Assembly (NCBI GenBank): GCA_026026165.1
Contig: JAPEUD010000001.1
Location: 682,001 to 746,000, forward strand
DNA length: 64,000 nt
Source: Sarea resinae
Taxonomy: Eukaryota
Reading direction: 5' to 3'
The notes below the pieces were generated by a model that was not told the DNA's origin, did not search any database, and saw only the letters and a program-made list of their open reading frames with translations. This document shows positions 24,972 to 36,535 of the stretch, piece by piece (position 1 is the stretch's first letter; every line of letters starts with the position of its first letter). The position numbers and the translations under genes are program-made.

Positions 24972-26690
24972 GATCGAAGAGAGGATAAAGGAAAGGTCTC
25001 GAGGGCAACGTCGAGAGGAAGAGAGTGTGCCGAGACACTATCGCATCCGATGGCGACCGAGAATGCCACTGACCGCACCAATCTCATAATCTGGTCGTCA
25101 AATCGATGGCGAGTGTCATCAGGAAAGGAAGCCTCTGCTTCAGCAGGGAAGTGGCCCGTTCGTTCTCGCGTCGAGAGTCAGGTGGGGTCAAGAGCAAGTG
25201 GAAGTCCAGTCTTCCAGATCCTCGGATCTCGAGCTCTTCGGGGGCGGAGAAGGGGTTGGCAAGATGGCGATGGATCGAATAGAGGTCGTCTAAGAGGAGG
25301 TGAGAAGTCGAATGGTCATTCTCTGCGTGTCCTTCCCGAGGGCGCGTCCGTTGTCCTCTCAGCCAAAGTCTCCTTTGGGCTTCAAGCTCTCGAGTCGAGG
25401 TCGTCAAGGATCAATCAATCGAGCCAGCAAGCAATCAATCAATGACCGCGCCGGGCAGCTTTGGATTCGAAGGGTTTGCTAAGGTGAAAGGAAATGCAAA
25501 TGGCGGCAAGAAGTGACAACTGGGATGCGATTGGCGTCCAAAAGAGGGTATGGGACGAAAGAATGGAAGGTCGAAGAGAGTTGTGTGTCGAAGGTGCTCG
25601 GGGGGGACGTGGGCGTGGGAACAGGCGTGGGAGCAGACATGAAACACGAGCACCATCGAGTACCATAGTAGGGAGGTACGAACCAGGACGAACACTCAGT
25701 CAGTACATAGGAGTGGTCGAGTACGGAGTAGTGCCAGGTACTGCGCAGTAGTCCGAGTAGACTCATAGTACGACGGATACATGACATGGGACGGTATGGA
25801 TGGTCTGGTCTGGTCTGGTCGTGAGCCGAGTCCAGTCCAGTCTCGTCTTAGACTGACGGCGGAGGCACCTTGCGACGGATATGATTCTTCTTGGACCTGC
25901 AAACAATAATCACGGCTGCATCATGATTGTCCCATGGTCCCATGGTGCACTTCTCAATTGCCTCGAGTGGTCGCGGTAGAGTACACGATGATAACTCATG
26001 GCCCGGGGAAAGGAGCGAATGCGCCGGTCAGTGGTGGAGTGGTGGAAGGGTGATGACGGTGCTACCGTCCGTACCTGGAGTAGCTAGAGGACGGAGCATA
26101 ACGCTCTCTCTCTCTCTCTCGCTCTCTCGGTTCAGGGATGAGTGCTCTTGAAGGCGCCCGAGGGTCTCCCAAAGGGTCTTCCCCCACCCCCTGGGAGATC
26201 CCCGACACGAACGGTGACGGCCACGATCAAGGACGTACTATGTACGGAGTAGTGCAACTACTACTACGAAGGAGCCGGAGCAGTCGTGGAACGGGCATGA
26301 GCGCCGTCGCACCATGACCAGAGCGGTTCGGCTGTCAGGAACACCAGGAACACGCCACGCCTGATTGGAAGGTGCGGAAGTGCTGACTACTTTAGAGTAC
26401 TACTTCAGTACTCCGCAAGTACTACGTACTCGTAGTACTCCGAGTACTCTACTCTACTCTAAGCGCCCACCGTCTATCACGAACCCTCTTCCGTTTCTCC
26501 CTGAGTCGCCGTCTGTCTGTCTGTCTGTCTGGCTGCCAACAGTATCAAGCCGAACCCGTGCCTCCATCGCCCACCTGACCTGATCTACTCTAGAGTATGT
26601 AGTATTGACTGGTCCACGGTCTTCTTCTTCTTCCTCAATCTGTTCCATGCCCAATCGAAAGTAACTTCTAGAAGGGCAGGTAACGGGGTA

Positions 26691-26728
26691 CCTCGTAGTC
26701 CTCGTAGTCCTCGTAGTCCTCGCAGTCC
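26691..26728. repeat. 9-bp tandem repeat (CCTCGTAGT) x4
   Basis: cctcgtagt cctcgtagt cctcgtagt cctcgcagt cc. Confidence 0.9.
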
Positions 26729-28116
26729 CACAATGCGTTCATGCCGTGCCACCGTCGTTTTAATCTAATCGCATCCATCATCTACTATGTATCGCTCATC
26801 CACAACCATCCCAGCCAGGTATTACCTACTATGTACTCTACAGATAAACCCCCGCCCCCTACAGAAGCCCGTCCAGCCAGCCCAGGCGAACAACACAACA
26901 CGCAATTACCTACCTCCCTCCAGCCCCCTCCCTCCACACATCGACTGCATTTAATATATATATCTCTCCCACCTACCTCACCTACCTATCCTTCCACGAC
27001 ACCCGTACACGGCTGCCAGCCCGCCACGGCTCTGCTGCCACGCAGCCATGCCCCGCCTATGCAGTGCTGCCTCAAGAACCAGCCCAGACAGACCGAAAGC
27101 AAGCCTCAGCTCACAACCCAAGACCGTACCTAAGGTAGGTACGCTTGATGGCTCAGCATGCACCCCCCAGCCAGATCAGCGAGCCAGCAAGCAAGCACAT
27201 TTGTAGACATGGCAAAGATAAGATTTTCAATCCATCCACGGCTGATCGTCGATCCATGCGGAGATGTATGGATGCAGCTGTACGATGGCCTCAGATGGGG
27301 AATGAGATGGATACTGTAGCGGATCAATAATCTCGCCATTGTGCGGTCTCTCTGTCGAGGAGGATTTCTAGATGATCATCATAGACGAGGTAGGTAAGGA
27401 AGTAAGTTTGTAGGCATATCACACGTCCCACGAAGAAACGAAGAAAAGAAGAACCCTACAGAGAGAGAGAGAGAGAGAGACATCAACACTTTTCTCTCAA
27501 CAAGTTACAACCACCTACCTGCTTGCCTACCTACTCACACGAGATCAGGCAAGGCAAGGCAATACAAGACAAGACAAACAGAGCACAGTCGAAGAAACAA
27601 ATCAATAAATCAATGAATAAAGCACCAACCCCACCCAAACCCTCACCAACCCAATTCCCCCCAAGAACCCCTTCTCTCGAGCAAGCAACAATCCATTGAT
27701 CTCGAAAAACAGCCCCATCGAGTAGAGAGAGACCGAGTATGCAGCAAAGCCATCCATCCTCTTCCTCCTCTACCTCCTCCTCCTCATGATCCCCCAACAA
27801 TAGCGGTGAGAGAGAGAGAGAGAAAGTGAGTGCGAGAAAAGCAAGGTCGCACGACATGAGACAACCGACAAGCTGTCCAGCACCTATTCAGCATCTATTC
27901 AGAATCCATCCACATCCATCCATACATGCGTCGAACGTCTCCCGTATCCCCGTCTCCCATCTCCCGTATCCCCGTCTCCCGTATCCCGTATCCGTACAGT
28001 ATGCCAGGTGAGAAAACGAGAAACCAAAGGGTTCACAGGGTTTTTCGGTTTGGGGGGGGGATGCTGCTGTCTTTTCCCTGCCTGCCTGCCCGCCTGTCTG
28101 TCTGCCATCATCATAC

Positions 28117-28164
28117 ATTAGGGCTTCAGGGCTTTAGGGCATTGAGGCCTTGGGGCATTGGGGT
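28117..28164 (+). repeat. Degenerate 8-bp G-rich tandem repeat (NTTAGGGC-like) x6
   Basis: attagggc ttcagggc tttagggc attgaggc cttggggc attggggt. Confidence 0.75.
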
Positions 28165-28299
28165 GTTGTGTCACCAAGAAAGAAAGAAAGAAAGAGCAGG
28201 AAAAAAAACATGTCTGATTTTCATCTGCACGGCACGGACGGCCTTTGTACTCACCGCCCGTATGTAGCCCATGCGCGGAGCGAGACAAAAGAGAGAAAG

Positions 28300-28355
<56 letters not shown>

Positions 28356-29275
28356 CTCTAAGGTAGGAAGGTATACAGCGACGACTTTTGCGCATACATA
28401 TTTCTTTCCCTTTCGCTGACCACCCACTTTCAGCTGCTACGATCAAAGTACTACGACGTGTGAGCGGAGCGGCGCGTTCTGAATAATAATCCGTACATTG
28501 TGAAGCAGCAGCAGCAGCAGCAGCATGAATCGTCTCTTCTTGGTCTCATCTTGGCTTCTGGAAGAATATCCTAAGGGTAGGTAGGTAACAATCACGTATA
28601 TGCTTTAGCTACTTCCTGGAGCCCCATTTCCAGACATCCCCCCCCCTCCCCCTCCCCCGAACCAGCCGGCCAACGCAGCGCCGGCCAACCGAAACCATAT
28701 CAAGCTCCCCTGCATACACACCGCGCCATACTAGACAGCATCTGGACGCGTTTCCCAGCACTGCGGTCTCCGTCCGTTCGCCCCATAGACACAGACCGCC
28801 TTGGTCTGGTCTTTACTTTTCTTTTCGAAATGAGAGAATAAAAGGAAAAAAGCCTGGGAAAGGAGCAGAAACCCAACTGCAGGGCCGCATTTGGACCTTC
28901 GTCCTACCCGTTGTTTGCTTGCAAAACATGATCGTAAGCCCGATCCGACATTCCGGCATAGAAAGCGTGAGTGGCTAGTAAAATACTGAAAACAATGCGT
29001 GGCTCGTTAACGTGTCGCTCCGAAGTTTCCCTGGAGAAAAGCAACCCAGCTTCGCAACCCTAGCGGCTCCAGCAACGATACGCCAAAGGGCCTAAGACAC
29101 ACATAATAATGGAAGTGATAGGAGTGCAAGACTGGAAGGAGTCGAATGATGTTCCGAACGTTGAGTTTTTCATGAGTTCCGATAATGATGATGGAGATGA
29201 GAATGATTGTTTGGGAAAGTGCCCGTTTTCCCGAGAGAATAAGGCTAGTATGTCAATACGAATAAATCGTCCGGC

Positions 29276-31848
29276 TCAGCTACTCGGTAATAGCAGTTTC
29301 GAACAGAATTTCAAGTCTAGGCTCCTCGAATCTAATGGATCGAAGACAGCATTCTGTCTTTGCTCGAGCTGTTGACCTACTCAACACATCAGTATCTTTT
29401 TCTTCGACTGCAAGTACTATGGACACCATCAAGACTTACTCGATACGCCAATACTCTCGAAATAGGCTTTTGCCACCTCATCGCTGCCTTCGACCGTGAG
29501 AAGCATGCCATCCTCGGGGCGAGCGTACGTCCTAGGCGGTAAGCCACGCATCTTGAGCAGCATGTGCAGAATGTCTGCAAAGTGTTCGCCTTGGGAAAAG
29601 TAATACGGTGGACGGCGATCGAGGGGCCACTTCAAACATGGTAATTAGCGCGTGGGGAAAGCATGACGTCGAAATTAAGGCGTACCTTTGCTCTGAACGC
29701 TTCATCTTCCCATGTCCGGAAGAGCCAGCTTGTTCGCTCGACGCAATTCAACAATATCAATGCCGACAAAAATGTCTCGAACCAACCACTCTGCTGTCGT
29801 TGCAGCAATCGCCTTTCCAGATCATTCATCACAATCTTGCTCAGCTGCGCCGCTCTCTTCTCAGCACCGGAACGTAGTTGTGAGCACAGCAGAGAGTAAG
29901 ATTTTGGGCTGGTTGAGTTATCGATCGGGTAGCTGCTATTGTTCGTCGTTGTAGTGCTAGCAGGTAGAGACGAAGGGAAATTTGTTGGAGATGTTGACGG
30001 CGGTAGGTTGGGGTTTGAGAATGTATTCCAGTGTAGTTCAACATCAGCAAGCACATGAGTTGCGGTCCACAGCTCTAAAACCCGCGGCAGAAGAGCATCC
30101 TAGACGTAGTGAGCGTGTGAGTCAGATTACATCCTCTATGCAGGAGAGATGCAGATTTAGGTGACATACGCTTCTTTGAATGCTGAGTTCCGACGCAAGA
30201 TGCAAAGTAGGCTTCATGAAGGTGGAGCACTCCCTCTCGTAGAAGGTCGGCGCCATTTTCTTCAGATACTGCTCTAGCTTACCGGGCAGATCGTCCGTCT
30301 CCCAATCAAGTAGAAGATTTTGAGGCTCTGGGGTCTCTTCTGACTTCACGCCCTCATACTCACGCCCCGCGAGAGCACTGAATGTAACAAACAAAGACGA
30401 GTCCAAGTAGTGCGTAGCTTCGACACGACCCAAGAACGGTAGGAAATTAAAGCGGCTTTTCGCAGAGTTGACTTCATGAAAAGCTATGATACCGTGAAGT
30501 CCTATTCCTCGTCAACTTGGTGAGGCCTGCATTAATTGATGAGACGATGGCGTACCAGCAGAATATAGTTCGAGCTCATCAGCTATGCGAGTCCGTATAC
30601 ATGGCTGCTTCCATAGACGTGCACTCTCTACATTTATGCACGTGCTACAAGGGCTTTCGCCAGAGCACTGATGATGGTCAGTCAGGATCGCCTCAGATAG
30701 AAGCAATCACTCTTACAGGCTTTTTGAGCATTCGGCATCGTATGCAGGCACCTCGTTTCCGCACTTCTTGAACCTCTTTTCGTCTCGAAGCAGTAAATCG
30801 ACCTCTAACTTTGGGTCTCGGTGGTCTCGTGCCAGCGGTGAACTCGGTTGTGTAGTCTCTCTGGGGGGTATTTGGATTCATAGCAATCGGCCTTGGGAAC
30901 GTCGCTGCTCTGGTTGTGATAGCCTCGAGTGTCGCCGGGGGTTCCCGAGACCCGTCAAAGAACATCTCGGTAGATTGCTGCATGATAGGCCATGTCGTAG
31001 AAGGTCTAGGCCCTTGAGGATGGAAGAACTTGTCGGAAAGCCCCACGGTAGGAGCAATTCCTACGTCTGGCTCCATGGTCAGAGCTGCGCTCGATAACGA
31101 AGCTTGAGAATCCTCGATGGAAGCTTCATTCAGGGACAAAGCTGAAGGAGCTCTGGCCAGTGTCGAAGACGTTGCGTTCGGTAAAGACAGGCTGGGGAGA
31201 TGTGGAGATGCAGAGGGCGAATTTGACATGCCACGAAAATATTGAATAGGCGGCAATGCCGTACTATTTGGCGGGCATGAAGGATCTATGACTGGGGTCT
31301 GAGTAATTGATCAAGGCCAGAAATGGGTTTTGCTTACATGGCTTTGTCGGTTGAAGAGCAGGGTCGATCGGCAAAGAATTATCTTGGCTCCATCGTTCCT
31401 CTTCCTCTGACGGAACCTGATCACTGCCGTTACCGGTCATTTTATCCCCCGCACTCGACTCACGCCCGGGAGAGTCTCTCTTCTCGGATAAGTCTATCTG
31501 TCTGGACACCTCGGCCAACGTCTCTAGGGCCGTCCAATTTCTGTTCGGAGCATAAGGCAGGTCCACAGTCTTGCCCTTCTCTAGCCCATCTCTGCGACCT
31601 TCCTTGAGACCTTCGGGCGCGTCGCCAAGATCTGGTAGTTCGTGTAACTGCAGCAGCGCTCTCTGGCGATCTCTGAGCGCAATCGCGGGGCACTTCTTCA
31701 CCAGATGGGTTGTGAGGCTGTCGATTCGGCCCTTGGGGAATTTCTCGCCGCAAGCCTTGCAGGTGTGCTGGTACCGGTTACTAGCATCTTCGAGCTTCTG
31801 ACCGCGCTCGAAGAACTCGAGGATGAGCTGATTCGGTTTCCTTCCCAT
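29276..31848 (-). CDS. Fungal transcription factor with an N-terminal BED-like zinc finger and a Zn2Cys6-type cluster. Exons about 31848-31338, 31285-30717, 30667-30556, 30501-30170, 30099-29686, 29629-29440, 29376-29276.
   Basis: MGRKPNQLILEFF...HTCKAC...LTTHLVKKC; RRKEVQEVRKRGACIRCRMLKKP|CSGESPCSTC...LWKQPC. Six GT-AG introns join the listed ORF fragments in frame. Confidence 0.85.
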
Positions 31849-32751
31849 CACGGGTATCTGGCGCAAGCAGCCAGATGGCTACAGATATGGCCTCGACGTG
31901 AAAATCGAGACTATACCGGTAGACCACACGGGACGCTAGGGGGGCGAAGGGAACGTTCAGCTTTGATGGGTACGACCAAGGCGCAGCCGGCGGTGAAGGC
32001 TCGAAGAAAGGTAATTCGACGTGAGGCGACGGGGAACGATGTGATGTGATGCGACGAGATGTGATGAGATGAGGCGTATGGAGTTGGTTGGCGATGGGGT
32101 AAGTGGAGAAGACGCAAGGTACGGCGATGGCGATGGCGATGGATGCAGGATGTTGGTGAGCAAACGATGCTCACCACACGTAATGTCGGTGCTCTGCCCC
32201 TCTCTCTCATACGCGTGCCGGCATCGAGAAGATGGGAGAGAATGGGATTCTGGAGGAGAGCAAGGACGGCAGATGGGTGAATGGGAGTCGGATCACGATG
32301 CTGATGCCAGGGCTCGAGGCTCAGGACTCGAGGCTCAGGCCGCAGACACGCCTACATCCAGCAAGCGGCGCCCTCGGTTTCCTTTTGTCTGGCATTTCGG
32401 CAGCTGTTGCTCGCACCACGGGGCGTCGCAGCCAATCAACGCCAGCGGCGGAAGGGCCTCGCCTCTGACCGCTTCCTTAGCGCTCCTTTTCTGCTGATGC
32501 TACTCTGGACGATGGCCAGACTCGACCAGCGCTACCACCACACTTGCAACGGGCCACGCAGCACATCCCACCCATCCCATCCAGCCCCAGCCCGAACCCC
32601 ATCTTCTTCACCGATGCTGATCGGCGACGGATACGCAGGTACTTGATCCTCGATCACTTACTCATGGTGCTCGTACTGGGTGGCAGGCTACTCTACAGCT
32701 ACGTTCTTGATGCACGCAACCTCTTCTTTGCCCTGGCTGCTCAAAAGGATA

Positions 32752-35023
32752 TCAACAGATTCGATGCTCGGGCGGCCTCCACGGCACACCCAAGAGCTCA
32801 AAGATCTTCTTCTCGCTCTTCCCTTCGACGAGCACACCTTGCGTAATCCTCTCGCCGCTCTTGCTCCGAAGAACGTCCTGCCACAGTCCTCGCTGATTCA
32901 GTCGCATGCCTTTTTTCCGTGCGAGTAGCCGGATGCTTCGATTGAAGAGGTCATTGCCCGTGAAGTAGATCAAGGCAGCCCCCAGTTCATCCCAAGGAAC
33001 GAACAGAAAATCGATCCGCCGCCAGACTGGAGAGCCAGGCAGCGCCGATGCCCCGTGCCACTTTGTGCCGCTTGCATTATGCGTCGTAGCCAAGCCGGCT
33101 TTCAGAAACCCCCGATCAAATAGGGTGGGAATAACCCTCGATAGCATGACCTCCCGGACTACCTGGACTCGAGCATCTGGTTTGGTGATGATCAAATCAA
33201 TATCCCCTGAGTCGGCTGCTCCGCGTCGATAAGAACCCATCACGATGACTTGAAGTTCGGGATCGATGCTCTGACATAAGTTGTGGACCAAAGTCCCGTG
33301 AGCTTCAACTTCCGAGCGTGGAATCCGAGCTAGGAAATCGTCATAATGCGCAATGCCGATCTTCTGACTCGTGCTCAAATCTGCTTTCTCTTGCAGATCC
33401 GTCAGAGTTCGGAATCCTTGTGAGACCCATTTGGAGGCTTGTGACAGCCCAACCCCATATATGTTCAAGAAACATTGTAGAATAGAGTCTTCGGTATCGA
33501 CAGCGACATTATCAAGCCGACGGAGCCGGTTTGTCAAGACGATCTCCTCGATCTTGGAAGCCAGACGCTCACCGACGGATGGAAGGCTCAAGGCTTCTTC
33601 CTTCGTGGTAATATTCACGGTCTCTTTCCGGAGTACGGCAATGGCTTTTCGGTAGGCATAGATGCGCCATTTGTCGTTCATGCGATCGTAGTAATCAACC
33701 ATCTGTTGTAGGATCTCAATAGTTCGAGCATTGGGATTGTCGCTAGTATCAGTGCCATCGTGTTTGTGCATGCAATTAAATCGATCTTGCCATGACGTCG
33801 ACGAAGATGGCTTGTTCAGTTTCCTTTTCTTGGGATTTGGCGCATTTCCTTCTGACTCGCTGTTGTCACTGGCCGTCTGCCCGCTGGCATCGTCTTCTTC
33901 CTCGGAATCAAGTGGCTACACTGATTAGTACGAGACATGTAATATTCGACTGTTGATCTGGAGACTTACCAAATGTTCAATAGCCTTGGTTTGGCTTATC
34001 GCCTCGTCCAGAGCATCGCAACTTTCTCGTTGACCTATTTGCCCAGTGTCGTTTTGCGGAGGATGTATTGATGGTTCAGTCGAGCTCCCTCCCAGTTGGA
34101 CTACATCGGAGTGGCGTGGTGTTGGTTCTTCCGTCACTTATGGAGTCTGTGGTGTGCGGAGTACTGCCTTTTCAGGCTTTAGTTGGAGCGATGAATTGCT
34201 CGACTGTTCAGTGGTGCTGAGTTCGTGCTCTGTGGTGACTGGTGGAATATAACCTTCTACCCGAAAACGAGTCTGTTGGGGGTTCATTAGGAACCCAAAT
34301 GATATGCATTCTATAGGGTACGTCTCGTTGACCAGCGTGACATCTGCCTATATGCTTTTAGCTGGGACATTCAGGACAAGGGTTATCATACTCACAGGAA
34401 GATGTGATATTTTCAGAAATGAGAGGATGTCTCGATAGGTTATATTCCGGTCGACGATAACATGAGAGACGTCCTGTCCCCACTGCTTCAACCAGGTGGC
34501 CCCATACTCAATGGCTTTAGATATCTTCAGCCGACGTGCGGGTGCCACATCATCATTAGGAATAAAATCTGATATGGTCAGCTGAGAAGACGTATCGATA
34601 AATGAAAGTCTTACAGAAATTATGACCGTTAAATATCTTCTGTGCGTCCGGGATGCGATTAGGAGCTTCGACCCGCTTTCTCCTCCCAGATTTCCTTGAA
34701 GTCTCTTCAACTCTAGTATTGAGAGCTGTGGTTGATTGGGGACTACGGCCCAAATCTGAAGTTTGAGGGACTATAGCATGATTTGCTGGTAGCCCTGGAG
34801 CGGACGCCGTTTGTGAGACGGGTTGCACGGCAGGTTCGCCGAGAGGGCTGAGTGATTTAGCTGGAGGTCTGGACGGCTCTGAGTCATCGGGTTTCGGTTT
34901 GCGACTCTGCTTCAACAATGAACTTATGTTGCTCATGTCTTCTTCTTCTTCTTCCTCCAATGTCCCAAGGCTGTATAATTGGTTGAAGAAGGACGACTTT
35001 TCATCTTCCTCTTTCGACGCCAT
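32752..35023 (-). CDS. POL4: Family X DNA polymerase lambda/Pol4 with N-terminal BRCT. Exons 35023-34615, 34568-34396, 34347-33970, 33915-32752. Interrupted by an in-frame TAA at 34140-34138.
   Basis: BRCT (FIPNDDVAPARR...YGATW...SHVIVD), lyase domain (YAYRKAIAVLR), HhH (IYGVG) and catalytic motifs GSYRRG..SGDIDL, RRIDF, ALIYFTG, RLNQRGL. The exon 3 frame reads ...TPQTP*VTEEP. Confidence 0.92.
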
Positions 35024-35730
35024 GTTTGATGTCTTAGGTTGATGGTCGGATAGAGCATTGACAAATAGAGCTGAATACCTACTTGGGTAGGTAGGTGATT
35101 CCAGCGCTATATTTGGGTTGCTCGCTGGTTGACAGGGAATGGTTGACAATATGGTGAATGAGGGCAATATCTTGGCAAGTAGGATGCTTTCCTTTCGAAT
35201 ATAAGGATCTATAGAATGCTATTAGAAGACTTGTGATCTTCAACTAGCTATGGTACTTGTCACCTTAATTTGGTGGATTATTATCAGTTGCAGAGATGAT
35301 TCACGTGCTGTATTTAGAAAATATTGTTGTGGTCTCAACTCGTAAAACAGACAGGAATCTATAAACAAGAGTGAGTCGACGCGCGTGACATAATTTCGGG
35401 TGCTATGAAGCAAATACTCTTGACATGAGGTGTCATTCAGCCCTGCAGAGTCTAGAGAACAATAATTATTTAATACAGATCCAAAGACTCTGTAATGGCG
35501 AGGTCTCTAATGTAGACCTCCAAATCAGAAGCAACCTGGAATGGAAGGTAAGGTAACCTGGAAGGTATCGAATCTCAGTGCGCTGCTGTCATTACGTAAT
35601 GCCTTATACGGCGATGCATATGGACCTCAATCGCAGAACAGTGTCACCTCGTTTTTGTCTCTTCTCACTTGCCGTTCGGTTACACTCCTTCGGCGTGATT
35701 AAGTAATTCAAGATCATTGAGTGCTCTCGC

Positions 35731-35753
35731 TTAGGGCGGGCTTGCAACCCTAG
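35731..35753. promoter_or_regulatory. Inverted telo-box-like pair (TTAGGG...AACCCTAG) upstream of RPL35
   Basis: ttagggcgggcttgcaaccctag, about 120-140 bp upstream of the ATG. It resembles Tbf1-type ribosomal-protein promoter elements. Confidence 0.5.
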
Positions 35754-35869
35754 ATTTCGCGCACGAAATTAACAATCGAGACATCTCGACTTTGAAGGAA
35801 CCGAGGAGACGACGACGATAGACGACACATAGCATCCACGACGATCGACGCCCACGACCCACGTTCAAG

Positions 35870-36535
35870 ATGGTGAGGATTATCGCGATAGCCATAAAGC
35901 GCAAGGGAATGAAATGCTGATACTTATATGTTGCAGTCGTCCGGCAAAGTCAAGACCGCACAGCTCTGGGGCAAGAGCAAGGATGATTTGAAGAAGCAGC
36001 TGGATGAGCTGAAGACCGAGCTGGGAACTCTGCGTGTGCAGAAGATCTCCGGAGGCGCTGCTTCCAAGCTCACCAAGATGTACGTTTTCTCCGCCCTCGC
36101 CGCCGCGCGCTCGTCTCAGCCACCGTCTGGAGCCCTTTTCGTGTCGGACAGCGATGCTGGATAAAGAGGAACCTTTTCCTGGTCTAACTTTTCTTCTCAA
36201 TCCAGCCACGACCTCCGCAAGTCGATCGCCAAGGTCCTCACCGTCATCAACGCCAACCAGCGCGCACAGCTCCGTCTCTTCTATAAGAACAAGAAATACC
36301 TCCCTCTCGATCTCCGCCCGAAGCAGACCCGCGCCATCCGAAGACGGTTAACGAAGCATGAGGCATCGATTGTGTCAGAGAAGCAGAAGAAGAGACAGAC
36401 GCACTTCCCCCAGAGGAAGTTTGCTGTTAAGGTGCGTTAGAAGAGAGCCCAGGAATAGCGATGGTGGTGGTGTTGGGCATTACGTCGTGACAAAGTTCAA
36501 TGGGCTAATATTTGTGTCTTTAGGCTGAGGCATAG
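35870..36535 (+). CDS. RPL35: 60S ribosomal protein L35 (uL29). Exons 35870-35872, 35937-36079, 36206-36431, 36524-36535.
   Basis: [37 protein letters not shown]...[24 protein letters not shown]...[21 protein letters not shown]...[13 protein letters not shown]. Confidence 0.97.

Noticed and set aside
24360..25445. 361-aa ORF antisense to the kelch membrane gene
   Set aside because: Mostly an antisense shadow of a real CDS, with no recognisable domain.
34101..34253. Cryptic intron that would remove the POL4 stop
   Set aside because: The GTACTC donor is out of phase with the nearby TAG acceptor. The only in-phase option I found uses a poor GTTATA donor and would delete about 50 coding-like codons. 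It cannot be fully excluded without RNA-seq.
36080..36205. Intronic snoRNA in RPL35 intron 2
   Set aside because: No convincing C/D (RTGATGA...CTGA) or H/ACA box arrangement.
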